Notes: generated from the letters alone by a model not told the origin. Counted from the first letter of the stretch, positions 1 through 8,939 are shown. The stretch is DNA of 32,000 bases from an uncultured Chloroflexia bacterium (GCA_963718915.1 CAVRAI010000004.1:1-32000); one strand, 5' to 3'. Numbers and translations are program-made.

Positions 1-518
1 GCCAGGCGTCTATGCCGTCGGCGATCTGGTCGGGCGAACCTGGCTGGCGCACGTGGCGGAGACCGAGGGCGAGGTCGCGGGGAAGAACGCGACCGGCCAT
101 GAGGCGCAGATGGACGACGACGTCGTCCGCGCCCAATCTTCATCTTCCGGAGATGCCCTGGTCGGCCTGACGAGCAGCAGGCGCGCGAGCGAAACGCCAA
201 CATCAAGGCGGGCAAGTTCCGTGGCGGCCAATGGAAGGCGCTGGCGTCGAACGAGGCCAAGGGCTTCATCAAGGCCATCATCGGCGAGTATGGTGATATT
301 CTGGGCGCGATTATCTTCGGGCCGGATGCCACCAATCTGATAACGGAATAATCGCTGGCGATCGCGCTGAACTGACATCGATGAGATCATGGACCGTCGA
401 TCGGCACCCGACCTACAGCGAGGCGCTCCGCGAAGAAGTGCTCGGCGCAGAGGGCCGCCTGATCGACATCTACCAGCGGTCGGCTGCCGCCGCGCGCCGG
501 AAAAGACGTGGCGGCTGA
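1..518 (+). pseudogene. lpd: Dihydrolipoyl dehydrogenase-like (pyridine nucleotide-disulfide oxidoreductase) C-terminal remnant, multiply frameshifted with in-frame stops; 5' end outside the window
   Basis: From nt 3 the translation reads GVYAVGDLVG..LAHVAETEGEVAGKNATG. Similarity continues only by hopping frames: PIFIF, DEQQARERNANIKAGKF, ASNEAKGFIKAIIGEYGDILGAIIFGPDATNLITE, then TAA, SLAIALN, then TGA, IDEIMD, HPTYSEALREEVLGAEGR (HPT.SE dimerisation-domain motif). Confidence 0.7.
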
Positions 519-900
519 TGTACTTTTAGAAATTGCGACGGACACGGGCATTGCGGTGGTGTAATCAGGCCGGAGCCTGAAGGCTCCGGCGCATGGGCCT
601 GGGAAGCGGGAAATTCGCCGTAGCGTTTATTTGCTACGGTCCGGCCTGGCCTCCCGCAACGTAAGGTGTTCGGAAGAATAAGTAAAAGCACATTATGCTA
701 CGGCCTGCCTTCGCCCACGACGACGTGCGGTGCTCGGCGTAAATAGTAAAACCACATAAGCCGCGCCTAAGAGCCTGATTACCTTCCGGCTGCCAAGGCC
801 GCCTGCGCGGCCTCCCTGACTCGGAACTCTAATATGGAGCCTGCGTCGGCAGGCTTCGCGGCGGAGCGGAGCGAGGCCCGTAGTCGCACGTTCACGCGCC
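519..900. repeat. Intergenic mosaic of short hairpin modules (cluster R1)
   Basis: Contains GTACTTTTAGAAAT, TGCGACGGACACGGGCATTGCGGTGG, GCCGGAGCC-TGAA-GGCTCCGGC, GGGAAATTCGCCGTAGCG..GCTACGG and GGAGCCTGCGTCGGCAGGCTTCGCGGCGGAGCGGAGCGAGGCCC. Each of these recurs in the other clusters. Confidence 0.8.
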
Positions 901-959
901 AGGCATCTGCCAGCGTGGCGTGCTAGCAACGTCAGCCACCATCGGTCCGGGCGCGCTCC

Positions 960-1519
960 TATCTGCCACTCGTGATCGAGGATGGCGTAGTGGAGCATGT
1001 CCCACCAGCCATCTCCTGACCACTCGACCTCGCGCAGGCGGCCTTCGTACGTCATGCCCAGCCGCTCCATCACCCGCGCGGATGCGGTATTGGCGGGGTG
1101 GCACTCGGCGAAGATGCGGTGGAGGCGCAGCCGGTAAAGCCCAGCCGCAGCAGCGCCGCGCCCGCCTCGGTGGCATAGCCCTGACCCCACCAGGCGCGAT
1201 GCAGCGTGTAGCCCAGTTCCGCCTGCCAGCGTTTCTGCTCGCCTGCCCAATACAGCCCGCCAAAACCAATCAACTCGTTCCGGGTGGTATGGACGAAGGC
1301 AAATGGCCGGGCGCGTGGGGGGCGCTCCTGCTCCCAATCGCGCAGCATCTCGATCAGGTCGCGGGTCTCCTGCTCGGTCAGCGGCGCGCCAGAGATATAA
1401 CGCTGCACGTCGGCGTCGCTGGTGAAGGCATGAATCGCGGGCCAGTCCGCTGGATCCAGCGGGCGTAATGTGAGACGTGGCGTTATGAGCGGCGCCATTG
1501 ATAGAAACATGTCCCACAT
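960..1519 (-). CDS. GNAT family N-acetyltransferase (RimJ/RimL-like), frame disrupted near nt 1130; 3' end uncertain
   Basis: ORF 1070..1519 reads MAPLITPRLTLRPLDPADWPAIHAFTSD..ELGYTLHRAWWGQGYATEAGAALLRLGF. It continues in the frame of ORF 693..1556 as LRLHRIFAECHPANTASARVMERLGMTYEGRLREVEW..WWDMLHYAILDHEWQ. This is a typical GNAT A/B-motif layout. Confidence 0.75.
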
Positions 1520-1672
1520 TCCTCCCTGCCAGCCAGCAATAGTGGCTGCTTCTCAAGAGCCCCTGATAACATACCCTATCATACAGGCTGTGTTATGGCG
1601 TATAATGCTATGCCGGACTCGTCGTTGTCTCAACGAAGAGTCGGCGCGTGTATCCGTGATTCATGAACAGGT

Positions 1673-2950
1673 ATGGCCCGCATGTATGTTCGCACAACTT
1701 TGCCGAATGGCTTGCGTCTGGTAACTGCCCCCATTTCCCACGTGCGCTCGGTAAGCATCGCGTTTTTCTTTGGCGTCGGTTCGCGCTACGAGCCAGACGA
1801 AATCGCTGGCGTCTCGCACTTCATCGAGCATATGGTCTTCAAAGGGTCGAAGCGTTATCCCTCCGCCCAGCTCATCTCCGAGACCATCGAGGGTGTCGGC
1901 GGCATGCTCAACGCCTCCACTGACCGCGAGACCACCATCTACACCGCGCGGATTGCCAGCCGCTACTTCGAGCAGGCGATGGATATGCTGGCCGATATGG
2001 TGCGCCAGCCGCTCTTCGTGCGGGACGAAATCGGACGCGAGCGCCGCGTGATTTCCGAAGAGATCGGCATGTATATGGATGATCCCGGCTCGTGGGTGAG
2101 CGTGCTGGCCAACGAGCAGTTCTGGCTGAACACGCCGCTGGGACGCGAAATCGCGGGCACGCGCGAGACCGTGCAAAAGATGCCGGAGTTTGCCATTCGC
2201 GAATATCATGCGCGCCACTACCTGCCCAACAACCTCGTCATCAGCGTCGCGGGCGACGTGACGCCGGAGCGGGTCGAGCAGGTCGCGACACAACTGCTGG
2301 GTGACTGGCAGTCACAGCCCGCCCCCGTCTGGACTCCCTGCCCGCCAGCCGCGGATGCGCCGCGCGTGCGGCTGGAGCAACGCGATACCGAGCAGACGAA
2401 CTTCGATCTGCTGATGCCGGGGCTATCCTACGCCGACCCTGACCGTTACGCGCTCTCGCTGCTGAACACAATCCTTGGCGACAGCATGAGCTCGCGGCTC
2501 TTCCTGGAGGTGCGGGAGCGGCAGGGGCTGGCCTACGATGTCGGCTCTGCGCCAATTCAGTATCATGACACCGGCGCGTTCGCGATTACGGCGGGGGTTG
2601 CCCCAGAGCAGACCGAGGCGGCGCTGACGGCGATTCTCCGCGAGGTGGCGCGCATCCGTGATGAAACGGTGACGCCAGAGGAGCTGGCGCGCGCCAAGGA
2701 GTATACACGCGGACGATTCACGCTCGGCCAGGAAAATACCAGCGCCGTCTCGGGTTGGTATGGCGCGCAGGAAATGGAACTGAACGAGATTCACGAACTG
2801 GACGAGGAACTGGACTACTTTGACGCCGTCACCCGCGAGGATATCCAGCGCGTGGCGAAACGGATGTTCGTCGAGGAGTGGATGCGTCTGGCGCTTATCG
2901 GCCCGCACCAGGATGCCGAGACATTCGAGCGGCTGTTGCGCCTGCCATAG
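1673..2950 (+). CDS. M16 family (pitrilysin/insulinase-like) zinc peptidase
   Basis: Intact 425-aa ORF. It has the inverted zinc motif HFIEHMVFKGS (HxxEH) near the N-terminus, LPNGLRLV at the start, and the usual two-domain length. Confidence 0.9.
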   Translation: MARMYVRTTLPNGLRLVTAPISHVRSVSIAFFFGVGSRYEPDEIAGVSHFIEHMVFKGSKRYPSAQLISETIEGVGGMLNASTDRETTIYTARIASRYFEQAMDMLADMVRQPLFVRDEIGRERRVISEEIGMYMDDPGSWVSVLANEQFWLNTPLGREIAGTRETVQKMPEFAIREYHARHYLPNNLVISVAGDVTPERVEQVATQLLGDWQSQPAPVWTPCPPAADAPRVRLEQRDTEQTNFDLLMPGLSYADPDRYALSLLNTILGDSMSSRLFLEVRERQGLAYDVGSAPIQYHDTGAFAITAGVAPEQTEAALTAILREVARIRDETVTPEELARAKEYTRGRFTLGQENTSAVSGWYGAQEMELNEIHELDEELDYFDAVTREDIQRVAKRMFVEEWMRLALIGPHQDAETFERLLRLP

Positions 2951-2983
2951 CGGCGTTAGCGCCTAGCGCCTCTTACTGCTCGC

Positions 2984-3283
2984 CTACATTGTATCCCTCG
3001 TAGTCGCGCCGTCCGGCTCGACGGGGCGCTCGATGCTCCCCTCGACGATATGCGGCGTCGTGGGCGTGACGGGCGTTATCGGCGTGACCCGCGAAGGAAC
3101 GTTGTCATCGTCATCGTCGCTCTCTGTGCCAGATAACATCTGCGAGAGATTGAGGTCTTTGGTCGACTCGCGAAACTCGCTGAACATTTTGCCAAGCGAT
3201 GATCCCATCTCAACCATCCGCTTCGGCCCAAACACCAGCAGCGCCAGCAACAAAAGACCGATAATTTCGAGCCAGTGTGCCAT
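2984..3283 (-). CDS. tatA: Twin-arginine translocase TatA/TatE family subunit
   Basis: The 99-aa ORF starts MAHWLEIIGLLLLALLVFGPKRMVEMGSSLGKMFSEFR. That is a single N-terminal TM helix, the FGPKR hinge and an amphipathic helix, followed by an acidic, low-complexity tail. Confidence 0.85.
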   Translation of the reverse strand: MAHWLEIIGLLLLALLVFGPKRMVEMGSSLGKMFSEFRESTKDLNLSQMLSGTESDDDDDNVPSRVTPITPVTPTTPHIVEGSIERPVEPDGATTRDTM

Positions 3284-3607
3284 GACGCACCTCCGACAGC
3301 CAGTTTTGCGCAGTCCGTGCTTTCATCAATCTATTGTAGCATTACTCTTTTCCCCGCACTATGTAGACGAGTATCCGGGCGTCTGCGGCTTCACACCGGG
3401 AACAGATTCCCCCTGAATAGGCGACACGTGAAAGCTCGCCATCCACGCCTACCCGAACGGCTAGTCAAGCTGCCCGCCGAACGGCGGGTGCTGGCGACAT
3501 CACGCGCGACGTATGCTCCTGGTATCCAACGCCACCCGGTTTGAGCGCCGGGTGACGAGTCTATAGACGAGGCGAAGCCTCAGAGCTATCAGAGGAGCGA
3601 GGACGAG

Positions 3608-4540
3608 ATGGCAGATAAGACGACAACCAACACGCTGGGCGCGTTCTCCGACCAACTGGCCGATGTAGTGGCCTCCGCGGCCCGCTGGATTGTGACGGTG
3701 GCGGCGCGCCCCCGGCAGACCGCGACCGGCATCCTGTGGAAGACCGAGAACGAAGTGATTGTGATGACCGCCGACCATGTGGTCGAGCGCGAAGATGATA
3801 TCAAAGTGGTGCTGCCCGATGGCAAAGAGGTCAAGGCGCAGTTGATTGGCCGCGACCCTGGCACCGACCTGGCGGCGCTCCGGCTCCCTGCCGATGCCCT
3901 CGGCGCGGACGCTCCGACCGCCGACGCTGGCGCGACCCTGCGGCCTGGCAATCTGGTGCTGGCGATTGGCCGCCCCGGCAAGGATGGCCCTCGCGTCTCG
4001 TTCGGCGCGGTCAGCGCCATCGAGGGGCCGCGCCGCTCGTGGCATGGCGGCGAGATCGAGGGCGTCATCTTCGCCGATGTGACCCTGTATCCCGGCTTCT
4101 CTGGTGGTCCGCTGGTTGACCTTTCGGGCAAGGTCGTCGGGCTGAATAGCTCGCACCTCACCCGCCAGAATAGCAGCGCCATCCCGCTGGTGACGCTGGA
4201 TCGCGTGGCGAAGACACTGCTGACGCATGGGCGCGTGCGCCGTGGCTATCTTGGCATTGGCACCCAGCAGGTACCGCTGCCCGAGGCGCTGGCGCAGAAG
4301 GCTGGACTGACGCAGGAGGCGGCGCTGCTGGTGGTGAATGTCGAGGCGGGCAGCCCGGCGGAACAGGGCGGCCTGATGCTGGGCGATCTGGTGGTGCTGG
4401 TGGCCGATCAGCCGATCATCGACGTGGATAGCCTGCGCGCGCAACTGACCAGCGACAAGCTCGGCCAGACGCTCCCGGTGCGTATCATTCGCGGCGGCGA
4501 GGTGCAGAACCTGACCATCACCCTCGGCGAGCGACAATAG
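3608..4540 (+). CDS. S1C (HtrA/DegP-like) trypsin-like serine protease with one C-terminal PDZ-like domain
   Basis: Catalytic triad context is TADHVV (His), GTDLAALRL (Asp) and GFSGGPLV (Ser). The C-terminal part GSPAEQGGLMLGDLVV..VRIIRGGE is PDZ-like. GAGGAG lies upstream of the ATG. No N-terminal hydrophobic segment. Confidence 0.85.
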   Translation: MADKTTTNTLGAFSDQLADVVASAARWIVTVAARPRQTATGILWKTENEVIVMTADHVVEREDDIKVVLPDGKEVKAQLIGRDPGTDLAALRLPADALGADAPTADAGATLRPGNLVLAIGRPGKDGPRVSFGAVSAIEGPRRSWHGGEIEGVIFADVTLYPGFSGGPLVDLSGKVVGLNSSHLTRQNSSAIPLVTLDRVAKTLLTHGRVRRGYLGIGTQQVPLPEALAQKAGLTQEAALLVVNVEAGSPAEQGGLMLGDLVVLVADQPIIDVDSLRAQLTSDKLGQTLPVRIIRGGEVQNLTITLGERQ

Positions 4541-4545
4541 TTGAC

Positions 4546-4615
4546 CTCACCTCACCCCCTAACCCCCTCTCTCGCGAGGAGAGGGGGAACCAGAGTAGGC
4601 AAAGAGGGGGTTGCA
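4546..4615. repeat. G/C-run hairpin repeat (CCCCCTCTC..GAGAGGGGG type) downstream of the first protease gene
   Basis: CACCCCCTAACCCCCTCTCTCGCGAGGAGAGGGGGAACC..AGAGGGGGTTGC. Related copies lie at 5672-5710 and 9836-9866. Confidence 0.75.
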
Positions 4616-4646
4616 CATAAATACTTCTCGAAAGCGAGCATAGAGC

Positions 4647-5667
4647 ATGGGAACGCAATTCGTTGCATCTGAGCTTTCGGACGAGCTGGCCACTCTGGCG
4701 CGGCGCGTTCGTGAGAGCATGGTGCAGGTGCAGGCGGGGCCGCGCGGCATGGGATCCGGCGTCATCTGGAGCGTTGGCGAGCCAGACGCGACGGGCGAGG
4801 CTGAGGCGAACATCATCACCAACGCCCATGTCGTTGCCGCCGCCCGCGCACAGACGCTGACCATCCGCCTGCACGATAGCCGTGAGCTGACGGCCACCGT
4901 CGCGGCGGTTGATCCAACACATGATCTGGCGCTGCTACGCACAAAGGCATCGGGCCTGCGCGCGGCTGAACATGGCGATTCGGCGGCGCTACGTGTCGGC
5001 GAACTGGTGCTGGCGGTGGGTAATCCGTGGGGACGCGAGGGCGCGGTCACCGTCGGTGTGGTAGAGTCGCGCGCGCCCGCCGATCCCGACCTGGAACTCG
5101 AGCCTGCCGAGGATGAGAATGTCCCCGAGCAGCCGCCTGAGCGCGACCCACGCCGCGCCTGGGGAGTCTGGCGGCCACGACGTATCGAGCTGATTCAGGC
5201 CGATGTCCGACTCTATCCCGGCAACTCTGGTGGCCCACTCGCCGATGCGCGCGGGCGGGTTGTCGGCATCAACGCGATGGTGGGCGGTGGGTTGGGATTT
5301 GCCATTCCCAGCCGCACGGTGCAACAATTCGTGGCAGAGGCCGATGGCATCGAGCATCCAGTCCTGCTGGGAGTCCAGGTGCTGACGGCTCAACTGCCCG
5401 AAGCATTGCGCCAGCGTCTCGGCATCCAGCAGGAAACGGCGCCGCTGATTGCGGCGGTTGAAACGGGCAGCGCGGGCGAGCGGGCCGGGCTGCTGGTGGG
5501 TGACATCCTGCTGGCGGTGGATGATGCTGGCGGTTCGTGCCGCCGAGCATCTCGGACGCGTCCTCAACCGGACGAGCACGCGCGAGCAGCCGCGCACGCT
5601 GACTATCGTCCGTGGGGGCGAGCGTCAGACACTCACCGTCACCCCGGCGACGGCTGAGGCAGCGTAG
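4647..5667 (+). CDS. Second S1C (HtrA-like) serine protease with PDZ-like domain; frame disrupted near nt 5530
   Basis: Triad context is TNAHVV, THDLALLRT and GNSGGPLA. The PDZ-like part GSAGERAGLLVGDILLAVDD continues in the frame of ORF 5449..5667 as VRAAEHLGRVLNRTSTREQPRTLTIVRGGERQTLTVTP, ending at 5667. Confidence 0.8.
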
Positions 5668-5671
5668 GCGA

Positions 5672-5710
5672 ACCTCTCCCCCTACCCCCTCCCCTACGAG
5701 GGGAGGGGCC
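5672..5710. repeat. G/C-run hairpin repeat downstream of the second protease gene
   Basis: CTCTCCCCCTACCCCCTCCCCTACGAGGGGAGGGGCC. Confidence 0.75.
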
Positions 5711-5776
5711 GCAGTCAGAGGATCCGCCTGATCTGGATACTTATCGCTTAATGATCGGATTTGAGGTGGGAACCGC

Positions 5777-6487
5777 ATGCTGGTCTACGTCGTCGCGAGC
5801 TACCCGACGGTGCGCGCTGGACTGGCGACACTGGTCGGCGCGTTGCCGGGCTGGAGCGTCGCTGGGCAGAGCGCGCCTGAGAGCCTGACCGCGCTCCCCG
5901 GCGGCGATGCCAACCGTGGCACGGTTCTGCCGCAGCCGCCCGATGTTGTGCTGGCCGACCTCGACGACGAGACCGACGCGGCGATGGTCGATGGCTGGCT
6001 GGAGGCGTTGCGCCCCACCGCCGGGCTGGTGGCGCTTTCGGCGGAGGCCCAGGGACGGCGTGGCGAGCGCAATGCCAGTATCATGCTGCTCAACGAACTG
6101 GCGCATGTCGTGGGTGATCGTGGCCTGGCGTTTGGCGCGCTGCGGCGGGATGCGACGCCCGAAGAGATTGCCGCCGCCCTTGGCGCGGTGGCGGGTGGGC
6201 TATTGACGCTCGACCGGCGGTTCGCGCCGCTGCTGCTCCAGCCGACGATCACACTGGCGCCCGCGCCGGAACGGCTCACCGGGCCAGAAGAGCCGCTGAC
6301 CGCGCGCGAGCTGGAGGTTCTGCAACTGCTGGCGGAGGGCCTGCCCAACAAGATCATCGCGACGCGGCTGCACATCACCGAACATACCGCCAAGTTCCAC
6401 GTCTCCTCGATCCTGATGAAGCTGGGCGCGGCCAGCCGGACCGAGGCGGTGACGATGGCTGCTCGGCGCGGCCTGCTCATCCTGTAA
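5777..6487 (+). CDS. LuxR/NarL-type HTH transcriptional regulator with a degenerate receiver-like N-terminal domain
   Basis: The C-terminus LTARELEVLQLLAEGLPNKIIATRLHITEHTAKFHVSSILMKLGAASRTEAV is a LuxR-type HTH. The N-terminus MLVYVVASYPTVRAGL..PDVVLADLD resembles a receiver domain but has AS where the acidic DD pair sits. GAGGTGG RBS upstream. Confidence 0.8.
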   Translation: MLVYVVASYPTVRAGLATLVGALPGWSVAGQSAPESLTALPGGDANRGTVLPQPPDVVLADLDDETDAAMVDGWLEALRPTAGLVALSAEAQGRRGERNASIMLLNELAHVVGDRGLAFGALRRDATPEEIAAALGAVAGGLLTLDRRFAPLLLQPTITLAPAPERLTGPEEPLTARELEVLQLLAEGLPNKIIATRLHITEHTAKFHVSSILMKLGAASRTEAVTMAARRGLLIL

Positions 6488-6530
6488 GCGCGGATATCGT
6501 CCCAAAGATGACAGCAAATGACACAAGATG

Positions 6531-6692
6531 GCGGGAATGCTGTATCATAGTGTGCTGGCGGCAACATTCCCGCGATTGCGAACACCGCGCATGGCGGGCG
6601 CGGCAGCCCGTAGCGTGAACGCTACGGCGAATGGGCGTACGCTTCGATTCCGGAAATTCGCCGGGGCATTTATGCTCCGGCACGCCCACCCT
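6531..6692. repeat. Intergenic hairpin-module cluster (R2)
   Basis: GCGGGAATG..CATTCCCGC hairpin, CCCGTAGCG-TGAA-CGCTACGGCGAATGGG, and CGGAAATTCGCCGGGGCATTTATGCTCCGG. Confidence 0.75.
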
Positions 6693-6895
6693 GGCACGCT
6701 ATTTGGAGGTCATTCTTGAACTTCATCAGGCCAGGGCTCATCCTGAAATGAGCATACCCGCTCGCCCTCAATAAGGGCGCTGAGCGACGGGGATTAGCCT
6801 GCCGCTGGTACACCCAAGACACAGCGCGCCATGTGATTCAGTGTCCGCCTGTGCCGTTTGTCTGTCTCGTACAAAATAGAGGAAATCTAGACTCG

Positions 6896-8776
6896 ATGAT
6901 ATTCCCCTCGTCGCAGCGCTCCTCCTTTCACGGGCGCAGGCCATCGCCCAATGGCGAAGAAGATCGGCTGACACCGAAGAAAGTCTTCACCGCGCTCGCG
7001 AGTCTGCCGCGCGTGCTGCGGCTCGTCTGGCGCATCTCGCCCATCTTCACGGTGCTGCTGGGCGTGTTGTATATCCTGCAGGGCTTCCTGCCAGCCGCCA
7101 CCGCGTTCATCGCGGGCACACTGGTCGACGCCGTCGTCCACGCGATCCAGTTTCGCGGCGCCAATGGCACGACCACCGTTGTCGTCTGGCTCGTCGTGGC
7201 GCAGTTCAGCATCCAGGGGCTTTCGAGCCTGCTCAGCACCCTCTCGAATATCACTCAGCAACTGCTTCAGGAGCGCGTCTCGCAGCAGGTGCAGCTGCTG
7301 GTGATGGAGAAAGCCAACACGCTTGACCTCTCCTTCTTCGAGGACGCGACATTCTACGATGCGCTGCAGCGGGCGCAGAGTGAGGCGGCGTCGCGGCCCA
7401 CCAGCATGATCTCGCAGACCTTCGGCCTCGGCCAGACCATCGTGACACTGCTCTCGATGATCTTCGTGCTGACCCAGCTCGCCTGGTGGATGGCGCTGGT
7501 CGCGCTGATCGCACCGCTGCCCGCGTTCTTCGCCAGCATGCGCTATGGCTGGTGGGGCTATCAGATGATGCGGCGGCAGTCGCCGCTCCGGCGCGAGATG
7601 AGCTATTACAACAACCTGCTCACCACCGACACCTACAACAAAGAGATCAAGCTCTTCACGCTCGGCGATTTCTTCATCAGGCTCTATCGCACGCTCTCCA
7701 ACCGCTATTATATCGAGGCGCGCAGCATTATCGTCCCGCGCTACCTCGCCGCGTTCTTCTGGGGACTGGGCAGCCTGGTGGTCAACGGTTTTATCTACCT
7801 CTACATCGCACTCCAGACCGTCGCTGGGCATATCACGCTGGGCAAACTGACGTTCTACAGCCAGGCGGCGCTCTCGGTTGGCAACAGCTTCCAGTCGCTG
7901 CTCAGTGGCATCTCCTCGACCTATGAGAACAACCTCTTCATCAATACGCTCTTCGAGTTCCTGGACTACCAGCCGCGCATCGTCAGCCCGCCCAGCGGCC
8001 TCAAGCCCGAAGGCGACGACCTGACCATCGAGTTCCGCGACGTCAGCTTCACCTATCCGGGACGCGAGAGCGCGGGCGCGGCGCTGCGTCATGTGAGCTT
8101 CCGCATCGAGCCGGGCGAGGCCATCGCGCTGGTGGGCCGCAACGGCGCGGGCAAGACCACCATCGTCAAGCTGCTGACGCGGCTCTACGATCCCGACGAG
8201 GGGCAGATTCTGGTCAACGGCCACGATGTCCGCGAGTACGATCTGGCGGCGCTACGCGACCGGATCGGCGTCATTTTCCAGGATTACGTCACCTACTGGC
8301 TGACGGCGTCGCGCAATATCGGCGTCGGCAATATCGCGGAGATAGACGACCAGGAGGGCGTGCGCGTGGCGGCGGGCAAAAGCGGCGCGAGCGCGGTGAT
8401 CGATAAGCTGCCCGATGGCTACGAGACGATGCTGGGCAAGTGGTTCGACGCGGGCCAGCAGCTTTCCGGTGGCGAGTGGCAGAAGATTGCGCTGGCGCGC
8501 GCCTTTATGCGCGACGCGAGCCTGCTGATTCTGGACGAGCCGACCAGCTCGCTCGATCCTCAGGCCGAGTATGAGGTCTTCGCGCGCTTCCGCGAGTTGA
8601 CGCAGGGGAAGTCGGCCATCTTCATCTCGCACCGCTTCAGCACGGTCAGATTAGCGAACCGCATCCTGGTGCTGGAGAACGGCGGCATCCGCGAGAGCGG
8701 CACCCACGAGGAGCTGCTGGCGCTGGAGGGCCGCTACGCCCAGCTGTTCTCGCTCCAGGCCGAGGCGTACCGGTGA
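6896..8776 (+). CDS. ABC transporter, fused permease/ATP-binding exporter (MsbA/type-I exporter-like)
   Basis: About six hydrophobic segments in the N-terminal half. Walker A GRNGAGKTT, signature LSGGEWQKIALARA, Walker B LLILDEPTSSLD and H-loop ISHR are present. The start is ambiguous: ATG 6896 is preferred, and the ORF is open from GTG 6833. Confidence 0.9.
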   Translation: MIFPSSQRSSFHGRRPSPNGEEDRLTPKKVFTALASLPRVLRLVWRISPIFTVLLGVLYILQGFLPAATAFIAGTLVDAVVHAIQFRGANGTTTVVVWLVVAQFSIQGLSSLLSTLSNITQQLLQERVSQQVQLLVMEKANTLDLSFFEDATFYDALQRAQSEAASRPTSMISQTFGLGQTIVTLLSMIFVLTQLAWWMALVALIAPLPAFFASMRYGWWGYQMMRRQSPLRREMSYYNNLLTTDTYNKEIKLFTLGDFFIRLYRTLSNRYYIEARSIIVPRYLAAFFWGLGSLVVNGFIYLYIALQTVAGHITLGKLTFYSQAALSVGNSFQSLLSGISSTYENNLFINTLFEFLDYQPRIVSPPSGLKPEGDDLTIEFRDVSFTYPGRESAGAALRHVSFRIEPGEAIALVGRNGAGKTTIVKLLTRLYDPDEGQILVNGHDVREYDLAALRDRIGVIFQDYVTYWLTASRNIGVGNIAEIDDQEGVRVAAGKSGASAVIDKLPDGYETMLGKWFDAGQQLSGGEWQKIALARAFMRDASLLILDEPTSSLDPQAEYEVFARFRELTQGKSAIFISHRFSTVRLANRILVLENGGIRESGTHEELLALEGRYAQLFSLQAEAYR

Positions 8777-8825
8777 GGGGAGTGATCTGGACGGCGAGCC
8801 AATGGCGTCACCTGTGGCTGTCGGC

Positions 8826-8939
8826 GTGTGACGGGGGATGTGGCGCACAGGGATCCCCAGCGGCTCCAGTTGTGGCCAAATCGTTCAGTTGTGGCCAATA
8901 TCCCAGGGTGGCCATAACTGATGCTGTTGGCCACAACTG
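8826..8939. repeat. Composite repeat: a 38-nt module (GTGTGACGGGGGATGTGGCGCACAGGGATCCCCAGCGG) plus a 73-bp four-box nested palindrome built on CAGTTGTGGCCAA
   Basis: Boxes lie at 8867-8879 and 8886-8898 (CAGTTGTGGCCAA). Their inverted forms lie at 8909-8920 (TGGCCATAACTG) and 8927-8939 (TTGGCCACAACTG). Copies occur again at 9394-9469 and, inverted, at 9963-10035. Confidence 0.85.

Noticed and set aside
693-1556. 287-aa ORF running from the GNAT gene through repeat cluster R1
   Set aside because: Only residues ~140-198 carry GNAT sequence, in the post-frameshift frame. The rest reads through palindromic repeats and the wrong frame of the N-terminal half, so the ORF is an artefact of the frame disruption.
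6887-8224. Long antisense ORFs opposite real genes: 445 aa opposite the ABC exporter; also 3500..4537, 5800..6585, 10253..11089, 12581..13429 and 19269..19979
   Set aside because: These are typical high-GC shadow ORFs. They are Arg/Ala/Gly/Pro-rich, carry no motifs, and fully overlap strongly supported genes on the other strand.
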